Origin: Endomicrobiia bacterium
GTDB lineage: Bacteria > Elusimicrobiota > Endomicrobiia > Endomicrobiales > Endomicrobiaceae
Assembly: GCA_036245315.1 (NCBI GenBank)
Contig: BTIF01000001.1
Location: forward strand, 20,788 to 84,787
Direction: 5' to 3'
Length of the DNA: 64,000 bases
Below the pieces are notes generated by a model that was not told the DNA's origin, made no database searches, and saw nothing but the letters and a program-made list of their open reading frames with translations. The translations under genes were made by a program, and so were the position numbers. Shown here piece after piece: positions 20,465-30,474 of this stretch; the stretch's first letter is position 1, and every line of letters begins with the position of its first letter.

Positions 20465-21367
20465 ATGTGTTTTAGCAACTGCCTCAGACGTTATTCTACA
20501 AAAATTTTATTCCTTTTTTTTGCATTCTTATTTTTCTTTTTCTGTTCTTGTGTGAAGTTGCGAAGTGAAAAGGATAAATATTTTGCTTCTATTCAAATAA
20601 AGGGTTCTGATACTATTGTAAACCTTATTCAAGAATTATCTGAAGAATTCACTAGGCAACATCCATCATTTAACGTAGGTGTTAGTGGCGGTGGTTCTGG
20701 GACTGGCTTTGTATCTTTAATAAATGGAACATGTGATATTGCGATGTCTTCTCGTAAAATAGAAGAAAAAGAAATTATATTAGCCAAAAGCAAAGATATA
20801 GAGCCTGATGGGTTTAAAATTGGACTTGATGGTATTGTAGTAATTGTGAATAAGAAGAACTCTGTGGACAAATTGACTTTAGAACAACTGCGAGATATTT
20901 TTACAGCTAAAATTACGAACTGGAAGGAACTTGGAGGTGAAGATAGGGTAATAGTGATCCTTTCAAGAGAAAGCAACTCAGGCACACATATATTTTTTAA
21001 AGAACGTGTTTTAGGACGTGATGATGAGAATAGAGAGAATGAATTTGCTGTTCAATCGCTTATTATGCCATCTTCACAGGCTATTTGTAATGAAGTTTTT
21101 CAAAATCCTAATGCTTTGGGGTATGTCGGTATAGGCTTTGTGAATGATAGAGTAAAAGCTGTTTCAGTAGCGTTAAATGTGAATAGTGAATATGTTTATC
21201 CAACATTAGAAAATGTAATGAATTATACTTATCCAATATTGAGACCATTGTATCTTTATACAAATGGAAATCCACATAACGTTCTTAGAATGTTTATTGA
21301 TTATGTTTTATCTGAAGCTGGACAAAAGGTTGTTCTAAAAACTAGTTTTGTGCCAATTAAAAGATAA
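20465..21367 (+). CDS. pstS: Phosphate ABC transporter substrate-binding protein
   Basis: Lipoprotein-like signal, IKGSDT, GGGSGTG, SRESNSGT, YPILRPLYLYT. Confidence 0.93.
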   Translation: MCFSNCLRRYSTKILFLFFAFLFFFFCSCVKLRSEKDKYFASIQIKGSDTIVNLIQELSEEFTRQHPSFNVGVSGGGSGTGFVSLINGTCDIAMSSRKIEEKEIILAKSKDIEPDGFKIGLDGIVVIVNKKNSVDKLTLEQLRDIFTAKITNWKELGGEDRVIVILSRESNSGTHIFFKERVLGRDDENRENEFAVQSLIMPSSQAICNEVFQNPNALGYVGIGFVNDRVKAVSVALNVNSEYVYPTLENVMNYTYPILRPLYLYTNGNPHNVLRMFIDYVLSEAGQKVVLKTSFVPIKR

Positions 21368-21456
21368 AAACAAACAAAAACTCTTAAATTATTTTTTATG
21401 AATTGTATTGAAGAGTGAGAACTTATTTAACATTGTTTTAGTTCTGTTTATTGTAA

Positions 21457-22344
21457 TTGAGGAAACACAATAAAATGAGAAAAATTATAGATACTGTAAT
21501 TGAAAAAATAATTTTTTTATGTGGAATGCTATCTATCTTTTTTGTTATTTTAATTTTTAGTTTTTTGTTTATAGAAAGTTTTGCTTTTTTTAAAGATTTT
21601 AACATTATTAAGTTTATTACTGGACGATATTGGTATCCAGATTCAGAGCCTGCATTGTTTGGTATTTTTTCTTTGCTTGTAGGTTCTTTTTTAGTGACTT
21701 TAGGAGCATGTTTAATAGCAGTACCGATTAGTATTATGACTGCTCTTTATATTTCAGAGATTGCTAGTAAGAGTGTAAGAGATATTTTAAAATCTCTAGT
21801 CGAACTTATGGTTGCGATTCCAAGTGTAGTTATAGGTTTTATTGGAATGATCGTACTTGTTCCTTTTATTAGAAAATTGTTCAATATTCCTACTGGACTT
21901 ACTGCTTTTTCAGGATCAGTAATGCTGGCTTTTATGGCTGTGCCTACGATAGTAACAATATCGGAAGATGCTATACATTCTGTTCCTTGGCAGTATAAAG
22001 AGGGAGCACTTGCCTTAGGTGCAACTAAGTGGCAAACTATAAAACGGATTGTGTTAAAAACGGCAAGGCCTGGAATAATAGCTGCAATAATGCTCGGTAT
22101 AGGTAGGGTAATAGGTGAAACTATGACTGTTATGATGATAACAGGAAATTCCTCTCGTATACCTCATTCAATCTTTGAGCCAGTAAGGACTATGACAGCT
22201 GTGATAGCTGCTGAAATGGGAGAAACTGTTAATGGAAGTATGCATTATAAAGCATTGTTTTCTATAGGTCTTGTACTTTTTTTAGTAACATTTTTAATAA
22301 ATTTTGTAGCAGATTTATTTCTTGGGAAGAATAAAAATAAGTAA
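21457..22344 (+). CDS. pstC: Phosphate ABC transporter permease PstC
   Basis: ELMVAIPSVVIG, EGALALGATKWQT, GRVIGETM; operon position. Confidence 0.93.
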   Translation: MRKHNKMRKIIDTVIEKIIFLCGMLSIFFVILIFSFLFIESFAFFKDFNIIKFITGRYWYPDSEPALFGIFSLLVGSFLVTLGACLIAVPISIMTALYISEIASKSVRDILKSLVELMVAIPSVVIGFIGMIVLVPFIRKLFNIPTGLTAFSGSVMLAFMAVPTIVTISEDAIHSVPWQYKEGALALGATKWQTIKRIVLKTARPGIIAAIMLGIGRVIGETMTVMMITGNSSRIPHSIFEPVRTMTAVIAAEMGETVNGSMHYKALFSIGLVLFLVTFLINFVADLFLGKNKNK

Positions 22345-23199
22345 ATGATAAAGTTAAATCCTAAATTATCACAAAAACTTTTATATTTAATTTTGTTTTT
22401 AGCAACTACCCTAGCTATTATGCCAGTTATTGTGATAATTTTTATAATTGTAAAGAATGGAGTGTCAGTTATAAATTGGGAATTTTTAGCGTCTATGCCA
22501 AAAAACGGAATGCGCGAAGGAGGAATTCTTCCTGCTATAGTAGGTACGTTTGCAATAGTTATGTGTACTATTATCTTAACTCTTCCGACAGGTGTTTGTG
22601 CAGCAATATATTTAAATGAGTATGCAAGGGATAATATACTTACTAGAGCGATTAAACTTGGTATTGTAAATTTGGCAGGGGTTCCCTCTGTAGTTTATGG
22701 ATTGTTTGGGTTTGGTGTTTTTGTTATGTTTTTAAAATTAGGTGTTTCTATTATTGCTGGGGCTTTAACTTTGTCTATAATGGAACTTCCAGTTATCATA
22801 ACTACATCACGCAATGCGTTAAACAGTGTACCTTATTCATTTAGAGAAGCAAGCTGGGCACTTGGAGTAAGTCGCTGGCAAACTATCAGACATATAGTTC
22901 TCCCTAATGCTCTTCCTGGTATTATGACAGGAGCAGTGCTTAGTATTGCAAGAATATCAGGTGAAACAGCACCAATATTATTTACTGCTGCAACGTTTTA
23001 TGTGCCACATTTACCTCACTCAATATTTGATCGAGTGATGACTTTACCTTATCATTTGTATATTATTTCAACTCAAATTCCGAATATGCCAAGTAGCATC
23101 ATATTTGGTACAGCTCTTATACTTTTAGTTATGGTTTTAACAATGAGTTTCGTTGCAATTTTTGTTAGAATTTATTTTAGGAAGCATAGAAAATGGTAG
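22345..23199 (+). CDS. pstA: Phosphate ABC transporter permease PstA
   Basis: GGILPAIVGT, NLAGVPSVVYGLFG, ARISGETAP. Confidence 0.93.
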   Translation: MIKLNPKLSQKLLYLILFLATTLAIMPVIVIIFIIVKNGVSVINWEFLASMPKNGMREGGILPAIVGTFAIVMCTIILTLPTGVCAAIYLNEYARDNILTRAIKLGIVNLAGVPSVVYGLFGFGVFVMFLKLGVSIIAGALTLSIMELPVIITTSRNALNSVPYSFREASWALGVSRWQTIRHIVLPNALPGIMTGAVLSIARISGETAPILFTAATFYVPHLPHSIFDRVMTLPYHLYIISTQIPNMPSSIIFGTALILLVMVLTMSFVAIFVRIYFRKHRKW

Positions 23200-23945
23200 A
23201 TAAAATTAAAGTTGAGAATTTAAGTTGCTATTACAATAAAAAGTGTGTTTTGGAATCATTAAATATTAGTGTTATTCAAAATGAAATTTTAAGTATTATA
23301 GGTCCATCAAACAGTGGTAAGACGACATTTTTAAGGACTTTAAATAGAATGAATGATTTAGATTTGATATATTCTCGCAGAGGTGAAGTTTATCTTGATA
23401 ATAATAATATTTTTGATATGAATATGGAAGATTTAAGGAGGCACATTGGTATGCTCTTTGCAATGCCTATACCTCTTCCTATGAGTATATATGAAAATAT
23501 TATTTATGCTCCAAAACGTCTTGGACTTATTTCTAAAAAAACTGAACAAGATGCTTTAGTTGTACGAGCTTTAAAAGATGCTTCTTTATGGAATGAGGTT
23601 AAAGATAGATTAAAATCATCCGCTATGAAGATGTCTGGAGGACAACAACAAAGACTTTGCATTGCTAGAATTCTTGCAATTAATCCTGAGGTCATATTAT
23701 TTGATGAACCATGTTCTGGACTTGATCCTATATCTACGGCAAAAGTTGAGGAATCAATGATTGAACTAAAACGAAAGTATACTATAGTACTTGTGACAAA
23801 TAATGTAAAGCAGGCATCCCGTGTTAGCGATAGAACAGCATTTTTTCTTATGGGCAAAATTATTGAGATTGATACGACTGATAAAATGTTTGTGTCTCCT
23901 AAAGAAAAACAAACAGAAGATTACATAACAGGTCGGTTTGGGTAA
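23193..23945 (+). CDS. pstB: Phosphate ABC ATPase PstB copy 1 (signature intact, Q-loop and H-switch altered)
   Basis: GPSNSGKTT, MSGGQQQRLCIAR, FDEP, VTNN in place of VTHN, EDYITGRFG. Confidence 0.9.
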   Translation: MVDKIKVENLSCYYNKKCVLESLNISVIQNEILSIIGPSNSGKTTFLRTLNRMNDLDLIYSRRGEVYLDNNNIFDMNMEDLRRHIGMLFAMPIPLPMSIYENIIYAPKRLGLISKKTEQDALVVRALKDASLWNEVKDRLKSSAMKMSGGQQQRLCIARILAINPEVILFDEPCSGLDPISTAKVEESMIELKRKYTIVLVTNNVKQASRVSDRTAFFLMGKIIEIDTTDKMFVSPKEKQTEDYITGRFG

Positions 23946-24186
23946 GGAAATAAATACAAAACAATGTTAAATTATAATGTTGTGTTATTGTTATATATAA
24001 TAACTAGATGATATGTTTGTACAAAATTGTCAACTCTTAATTGATTAGAGATATATATTTTGAAAATAAAAATGTTGGAATATTTTAAGTTTATAATCTT
24101 TTTATTCCTGTTGTTTCTAATTCTCAAACATTTAACTTATAGTTTTAGTTTGTGATTGTTCAGTTATATTAATTTTGGAAAGCTTA

Positions 24187-24942
24187 ATGTCTAAGATAGA
24201 AATAAAGAGTTTTAATTTATATTACACAAATTTCCATGCTCTTAAAGATATAAACATTAATATCGAAGATAAAAGAATCACTACTATAATAGGTCCGTCT
24301 GGTTGTGGCAAATCTACGCTTTTAAGATCAATAAATAGGATAAACGATACAATAGAAGGTGTACACACTACTGGCGAGATTAATATTTATGGTGAAAATA
24401 TTTATGATGATAATATTAATGTAGATATCTTAAGGAGAAATATAGGAATGGTTTTTCAAAGACCGAATCCATTTCCAATTTCAATTTATGAAAATGTTGC
24501 ATTCGGTTTGCGAGTAAATAGGATAAGTGCAAATAGAAGTATTATTAGCGAAACTGTAGAAAAAAGTTTGAAAGCTGTTTTATTGTGGGATAATATAAAA
24601 GATAGATTGTATAAATCAGCATTAAGTCTGACTTTAGAAGAACAGCAAAGACTTTGTATTGCAAGAGTTATTGCTATAGCTCCTCATATTATTCTTCTTG
24701 ACGAACCTTGTTCTTCGCTTGATCCGGTTGCAATTCAAAAAATTGAAGAACTTATAATTCAATTAAAAGATAGATATACTATCATAATCGTTACTCATAA
24801 TATGCAACAAGCTGCAAGAGTTTCTAATGATACCGCTTTTATGCTTTTTGGAAAGCTTATTGAATTTGACAGGACTGAGAAAATATTTACAAATCCATCA
24901 AAGAAAGAAACAGAAGATTACGTAAGTGGTAGATTTGGGTAA
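24187..24942 (+). CDS. pstB: Phosphate ABC ATPase PstB copy 2 (signature motif degenerate)
   Basis: GPSGCGKST, GMVFQRPNPF, LTLEEQQR in place of LSGGQQQR, LDEP, VTHNMQQA, EDYVSGRFG. Confidence 0.9.
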   Translation: MSKIEIKSFNLYYTNFHALKDININIEDKRITTIIGPSGCGKSTLLRSINRINDTIEGVHTTGEINIYGENIYDDNINVDILRRNIGMVFQRPNPFPISIYENVAFGLRVNRISANRSIISETVEKSLKAVLLWDNIKDRLYKSALSLTLEEQQRLCIARVIAIAPHIILLDEPCSSLDPVAIQKIEELIIQLKDRYTIIIVTHNMQQAARVSNDTAFMLFGKLIEFDRTEKIFTNPSKKETEDYVSGRFG

Positions 24943-25092
24943 GTATACAATAAAATATGGATATATGGATGATAGATAATAAACAGTTTGCTTGCATTAT
25001 TTACCATTTTCTTCCCTATAGTATATAGTAAATAAAATAAATGTAAAGTAAATGTTGTTTCTATTTTTTGCCTTTTAGTAGGGAGGGGAAAT

Positions 25093-25785
25093 ATGCGGCA
25101 CTTTGATATTGAAATGAATGATTTACAAAATCGTCTTATTGATATGGCTGCACTTGTTCAAGAGATGATAAGAGCTGCGACACAAGAACTTGTCGGGAAG
25201 AAGTCAAAAAAACGATCTGATTGTGTATTTCATTTGGAGAAAGAAGTTAATGTCCAAGAGATAGTTATTGATGATAAATGTTTAAAACTTATAGCCTTAA
25301 ACCAGCCTGTAGGTGTCGACTTAAGATTCATAACTTCAGCAATGCGTATTAATAGTGACTTAGAGAGAATGGGTGATGAAGCTGTTAATATAAATAGAAT
25401 GACTTCATGCTTAATAAAGTATCCGGAATTTGTTCCTCCTATTGATATTTCTAAGATGGTAGAAATTGTACAAGATATGGTAATGGATTGTATAAAAGCT
25501 TTTAATACAAACAATGCTGAACTTGCGTTATCAGTTCTCGCAAAAGATAGCGAAGTTGACAGATTAAGAGATAGAATTCTAGATAATATTAAGAATTTAA
25601 TGATTGAGTTTTCAGATATTAATGCGATTCGGAAGGCGGTTGATTTAATTTTTATAACAAAAAGCATAGAAAGACTCGGTGACCATGCTACAAATATCAG
25701 TGAGGATATTATTTTCATGGTTCATGGTAAAGATGTTCGTCACCTAAGAACTGGGCACGGGCACCCAAGCCAATACATTGAGTAA
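25093..25785 (+). CDS. phoU: Phosphate signalling protein PhoU
   Basis: QPVGVDLR, DLERMGD, ERLGDHATNISEDIIFMVHGKDVRH; GGGAGG SD. Confidence 0.95.
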   Translation: MRHFDIEMNDLQNRLIDMAALVQEMIRAATQELVGKKSKKRSDCVFHLEKEVNVQEIVIDDKCLKLIALNQPVGVDLRFITSAMRINSDLERMGDEAVNINRMTSCLIKYPEFVPPIDISKMVEIVQDMVMDCIKAFNTNNAELALSVLAKDSEVDRLRDRILDNIKNLMIEFSDINAIRKAVDLIFITKSIERLGDHATNISEDIIFMVHGKDVRHLRTGHGHPSQYIE

Positions 25786-26269
25786 TTATAATATGTTTAA
25801 TAGATCACAAGTGTTAATTAAATCTGTTGTGGTGGGGTGGTCCATATTTAAATTTGATTTGATATGTGAAAATATGATTTTAATAAGTTTTATTAATACT
25901 TATTCAGATATTATATTCTTATATGAAAGCTGAAATATTCTATCTTTGAGTTTTTATCGTATTATATTAGCTGAAAAAACATGATATAACAAATGCTTTT
26001 CATAATGGATTTTCTTTTGTATGTAAGACAATATAAGTTGTTAACTCTCTTGTGCTAAATATAAGCTTGTTTGTTGCTATACTTAGCTTCATTTAGAAAT
26101 TATATCTTTTAGGTCATATAATAATTTCAAGGAATCATACTTAATATAAAAATAGAAATCTGTGGATGATTTAATGATTAGGTATTATAATTAAAGCACT
26201 GCTTGTTTTCATATCAAATATAAAAAATTAGTCTTTTTGTGTTCTGAAAGTGCATGGGAGGAGGTAATT

Positions 26270-26788
26270 ATGTTAATACTTAATATAGGTGACGGTAAAG
26301 GTAAGACAACTGCTTCTATAGGTCAAATAATTCGTTCTTTAGGGCATGGTTTTAAAGTTTGCCTTATACAATTATTTAAAGATAATGATTTTTATGGAGA
26401 ACAAAATATCTTATTGAAATTAGAAGGTTTAGACTTCTTTTCTTTTGTAAAAAAACATCCTTGTTACTTAGGAAATCTAAATTCTGAGAAATTTGTAAAT
26501 CTATGTGATTATGCTATGAAGAAATTGAGGGAACTTAGTAGCATTAATTCTAAAAGATATGATTTAATTGTTTTAGATGAGTTTAATATTGCATTAAGAG
26601 ATAAACTTATAGATGAGAATGAATTTGTTGCTCTTATAGAAAAATTATCACATAAGTCAAATGTAATTGTAACAGGTAGAGGATCTTCAAAGATGTTGGT
26701 TGATATGGCAGATTTAGTGACTGAGATGAAAGAGGTTAAACATCCTTATAAAAATGGAATACAGGCACAAAAAGGTATAGAATACTAA
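26270..26788 (+). CDS. btuR: Cob(I)yrinic acid a,c-diamide adenosyltransferase (BtuR/CobO family)
   Basis: GDGKGKTTAS, LIVLDEFN, VTGR, ADLVTEMKEVKHPY..GIQAQKGIEY; GGAGGAGG SD before ATG 26270. Confidence 0.9.
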   Translation: MLILNIGDGKGKTTASIGQIIRSLGHGFKVCLIQLFKDNDFYGEQNILLKLEGLDFFSFVKKHPCYLGNLNSEKFVNLCDYAMKKLRELSSINSKRYDLIVLDEFNIALRDKLIDENEFVALIEKLSHKSNVIVTGRGSSKMLVDMADLVTEMKEVKHPYKNGIQAQKGIEY

Positions 26789-26800
26789 TAGTAATTTGTA

Positions 26801-27661
26801 ATGATGAAAGTAATAAAAAAAATTGTCATTTATATCTTTATATCGTTATTTTTGTTAACATGTACTGCTTGGAGTAAAAACTATAGACGTATAGTTTCTT
26901 TGGCACCATCAGTTACAGAAAGTCTCTATGAATTAGATGTTGAACAATCTATAGTAGGTATAACAATTTATTGCCCTAAAGGACTTATTAAAAAAGAAAT
27001 AGTAGGTACTCTTCTAGAACCTAATATAGAAAAAATAATACTTCTTAACCCTGATTTAATTATTTTAACAAAAGAAGGTAATACTAAAGCAACAGCTGAG
27101 AAATTTAAATATCTTGGTTTTGAAGTGTATATTATGGAAACATCTGAAAGTTTTAGTGGAATATGTATGAACTATTTTGACTTAGCTAAAAAACTTAATA
27201 AGGCAAAAACTGGAAAAAGAATAGTAGATAGTGCAAGATATTTATTGGATGAAGTCTATAATAAGTTAAAAGGTTTTAATGAATTAAGAATATTTTGGGA
27301 AATTGGTACAAGACCACTTTTTACGTTAGGCAAGCAAAGCTTTATAAATGACTATAGTTATTATACAAGAACTGTAAATGTATATGGTGATTTTAATATA
27401 CGATATTTTACTGTTAATATTGAAGATGTTATTAAACGAAATCCTGATATTATATTGATAGCGAGTACAAATGGTGTCAATAATAATGAAGAAATAATAA
27501 GGTGGAGTAAATATAAAATGATAAAAGCTATAAAGAATAATAAAGTTTTCGTAATTAATGTTGATAATAATTATATGTTTAAGCCGACACCTCTAAAGTT
27601 TGCAGAGAGTGTGGCGATGCTTACAAAAATTATTCGTGAAAATATTTTTAATGATAAATAA
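26801..27661 (+). CDS. Helical-backbone ABC substrate-binding protein (BtuF-like)
   Basis: RIVSLAPSVTE, PNIEKIILLNPDLII, RNPDIIL; next to corrinoid adenosyltransferase. Confidence 0.8.
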   Translation: MMKVIKKIVIYIFISLFLLTCTAWSKNYRRIVSLAPSVTESLYELDVEQSIVGITIYCPKGLIKKEIVGTLLEPNIEKIILLNPDLIILTKEGNTKATAEKFKYLGFEVYIMETSESFSGICMNYFDLAKKLNKAKTGKRIVDSARYLLDEVYNKLKGFNELRIFWEIGTRPLFTLGKQSFINDYSYYTRTVNVYGDFNIRYFTVNIEDVIKRNPDIILIASTNGVNNNEEIIRWSKYKMIKAIKNNKVFVINVDNNYMFKPTPLKFAESVAMLTKIIRENIFNDK

Positions 27662-28676
27662 AAAATTTTTGTTTATTTATCTATTAATGTTTATTTTACT
27701 CATTATGGTGTTTTTGTTTTCTTTAATGTATGGATCAAATAAAATCTCATTTATCGAAATCTTAAAAACATTGTTGGGTAGCATAGATATAGATGGAAAT
27801 GTAGCGATTGTAATAAAGCAAATACGTTTACCTAGAACTATTATGACTTGTATTGTAGGAGCGGGTCTTGCTGTAAGTGGTTGTGTATTCCAAGCGATAC
27901 TAAAGAACCCTTTGGCTGATCCCTTTACTTTGGGTATATCAAGTGGTGCCGCTTTGGGTGTAGCTATAGCTTTTGTATTCGGACTTTCGTCCATAACAAA
28001 TTTCTTCATTCCTTTTTGTGCTTTTATAGGTATGACTATATCAGTAATCATTGTATATTTACTAAGTGTAAGAAGAAGATTTGCCTCAAAAACAATGATT
28101 TTATCTGGTGTTATTGTAAGTTATATTTTTTCATCTGCTGTAATGCTTCTATTTGCATTATCCCCTTCAAATAGTGTTCAGACTGCTTTTGTGTGGCTTT
28201 TAGGGGACTTTTCTAATTTTGATGAAAGACTACTTCCATTTACTGTTGTAGTTATACTTGTGAGTATAATAGTTTTGTCTTTATTGGGGAATGTAATTAA
28301 TACTGTGTGTTTAAGTTATGAAAAGTCGAAAACATTTGGTATAGATATTGAAAAAAACATAACATTTTTATTTTTTGCTGCTTCAATCGTTACATCAGCA
28401 ACAGTTTCAGTTTGTGGTATCATAGGCTTTGTCGGATTGATAATACCACATACTATGCGGAAAATTGTTGGGACAAACAATAATATGCTTCTTATTCCCG
28501 CTTCAGCTTTTTCTGGAGCATTTTTTTTGACTTTTTGTGATACTTTAAGTAGAGTCCTATTTTCACCAATTTTGATACCTATAGGAATTATAACAAATAC
28601 GATAGGTGGTTTTTTCTTTGTTTGTTTATTATTGAAATCTGATGATGGAGCAATACAAAGTGGTGCATATAGATAA
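27651..28676 (+). CDS. FecCD/BtuC-family ABC permease
   Basis: IRLPR, QAILKNPLADPFTLGISSGA, GIIGFVGLIIPH. Confidence 0.88.
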   Translation: MINKKFLFIYLLMFILLIMVFLFSLMYGSNKISFIEILKTLLGSIDIDGNVAIVIKQIRLPRTIMTCIVGAGLAVSGCVFQAILKNPLADPFTLGISSGAALGVAIAFVFGLSSITNFFIPFCAFIGMTISVIIVYLLSVRRRFASKTMILSGVIVSYIFSSAVMLLFALSPSNSVQTAFVWLLGDFSNFDERLLPFTVVVILVSIIVLSLLGNVINTVCLSYEKSKTFGIDIEKNITFLFFAASIVTSATVSVCGIIGFVGLIIPHTMRKIVGTNNNMLLIPASAFSGAFFLTFCDTLSRVLFSPILIPIGIITNTIGGFFFVCLLLKSDDGAIQSGAYR

Positions 28677-29445
28677 TATTTCTACATGTTACTTAGATAA
28701 GAAGATTTTGAAGAGTATTTCGTTTAAGATAAATGAAAGAGATTTTTTCGGTATAATTGGGAAAAATGGTGTAGGGAAAAGTACTTTATTAAAAGTTTTG
28801 TGCAAACTGATTAAACCTTATTCTGGAAATATATTTATAAATTGTAAAAATGTAAATTGTTTTTCAAAAGAAGAATTTGCAAAAATTATTTCTTTTTTAC
28901 CTCAATATGTAGATACTTCGTTATCTTTCAATGTGTTTGAGTTTATCATGTTTGGTAGATATCCTTATATGAACACACTTAAAATTCCTTCAAGTAAAGA
29001 TTATATCGTAGTAAAAAGAATTATGGATTTTTTGCAAATAACAAATTTAGCTCAGAGAAAAATTAATGAACTTTCAGGTGGTGAGAAGCAAAAAGTTTTA
29101 ATAGCACAAGTTCTGGCTCAAGAAACTGATATTATTGTTTTCGATGAGCCTACTTTGCATTTGGATATAGGTAGTCAAAATGATATTTTAGAGATATTAA
29201 GAGACTTGAATAAAAATTATAATAAAATAATTATTTTAACTTTACACGATTTGAATGTTGCAAGTGAGTTCTGTAATAAATTAGCTCTATTAGAAAATGG
29301 TTCTATTTGTAAACAGGGAACACCTGAAGAAGTTTTAAATCATGTGGATATTGAAAGAGTTTATAATACAAAAATTATTGTAGGGACGAACCCGATTTCC
29401 AATAAACCTTACATTATACCGGTAAGTAAAAACTCTATTCCTTAA
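28642..29445 (+). CDS. ABC ATPase (FepC/BtuD-like)
   Basis: GKNGVGKST, LSGGEKQK, FDEPT, LHDLN. Confidence 0.88.
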   Translation: MMEQYKVVHIDNISTCYLDKKILKSISFKINERDFFGIIGKNGVGKSTLLKVLCKLIKPYSGNIFINCKNVNCFSKEEFAKIISFLPQYVDTSLSFNVFEFIMFGRYPYMNTLKIPSSKDYIVVKRIMDFLQITNLAQRKINELSGGEKQKVLIAQVLAQETDIIVFDEPTLHLDIGSQNDILEILRDLNKNYNKIIILTLHDLNVASEFCNKLALLENGSICKQGTPEEVLNHVDIERVYNTKIIVGTNPISNKPYIIPVSKNSIP

Positions 29446-30343
29446 TTGAATTTAAATATTGTTTTTTAAACAGATTGACAAATATAAAAGTAGAAAATAT
29501 TCCTATTACTGCTCCAACTAAAACGTCAAATGGGAAATGACTTCCTGAATATACTCGTTCAAAAGCTACTCCTAGGGACAGGATTGTGTACCAGTACCAA
29601 TATTTTTTTACTGTCATAAACATGAACGTACACGTAGTAAATGCAACCTGTGTATGCCCTGATGGGAAAGAATTTGCTGTATTAAATATCTCAAACATTA
29701 TATTGACACCTCCATCTCCAAAAATTATTAAAGGACGCGGGCTTTTGAAACAATATTTCAAAATATTTGTTAGAATAATTCCAACTGCTAAAATGATTGC
29801 AAGAAGAATGAGCATAATCCAAAAATAATTTTTTTTATTGTTCCAGAGTATTCCTATGGATATTATTAATATAATGATAAAGCTTAGATTAATTTTTTTA
29901 GAATCATAGTAAGATATCAATGATACATAAAAGTCTAAAAATTTGCATTTTATGTCTGAGTTTATGTATTTGAAAGTTTTATAATTTGTTTCTATAAGTT
30001 TTTGACGTATTTTATTATACCATAAAGGATCTGTACTAGATGGTTTACTGCTATAATTTTTTTTATCATCTAGAAGAAAGTATGAGCGATGATCATTCCT
30101 AATAATACTGGTGTACTTTATTTCTTCGGTTTGTTTTTGAGGTATTATTTTTTTTGCTTGGGCCGTGTGCAAAGGAATAACGATAATTATAAATAGTGAA
30201 AATCCAAATACTACATAAGAACAAATTCTAAACCGTTTTAAATACCAGAACTTTAATATTAATAAGCAGTTTATTATAAATCTTGAAGCTGTTGAAATAA
30301 TAATATTTACAATACCAATCCAGAATAATGACATATAATTCAT
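29435..30343 (-). CDS. PAP2-family membrane phosphatase with N-terminal extension
   Basis: KYCFKSPRP, SFPSGH, RVYSGSHFPFDV. Confidence 0.8.
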   Translation of the reverse strand: MNYMSLFWIGIVNIIISTASRFIINCLLILKFWYLKRFRICSYVVFGFSLFIIIVIPLHTAQAKKIIPQKQTEEIKYTSIIRNDHRSYFLLDDKKNYSSKPSSTDPLWYNKIRQKLIETNYKTFKYINSDIKCKFLDFYVSLISYYDSKKINLSFIIILIISIGILWNNKKNYFWIMLILLAIILAVGIILTNILKYCFKSPRPLIIFGDGGVNIMFEIFNTANSFPSGHTQVAFTTCTFMFMTVKKYWYWYTILSLGVAFERVYSGSHFPFDVLVGAVIGIFSTFIFVNLFKKQYLNSIKE

Positions 30344-30474
30344 TTTATTTTTTATTGATGATTACAATTTACTATATTTATTGCATATTTGTACATTGCA
30401 ATATAGTACGTGAAATGATAAAATGTTTGGTTGTAATAAATTTGCAATAGGAATTTAAAACTATCGAAAACAAA

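Noticed and set aside
20334-21475. Pho boxes upstream of pstS or pstC
   Set aside because: Only weak TTAACA-like matches without clear 11-bp periodic repeats; expected by chance at this AT content
25786-26269. Cobalamin riboswitch upstream of the btuR operon
   Set aside because: No GGGAA / GCCACTG / B12-box pattern visible; the region is AT-rich with no evident structure
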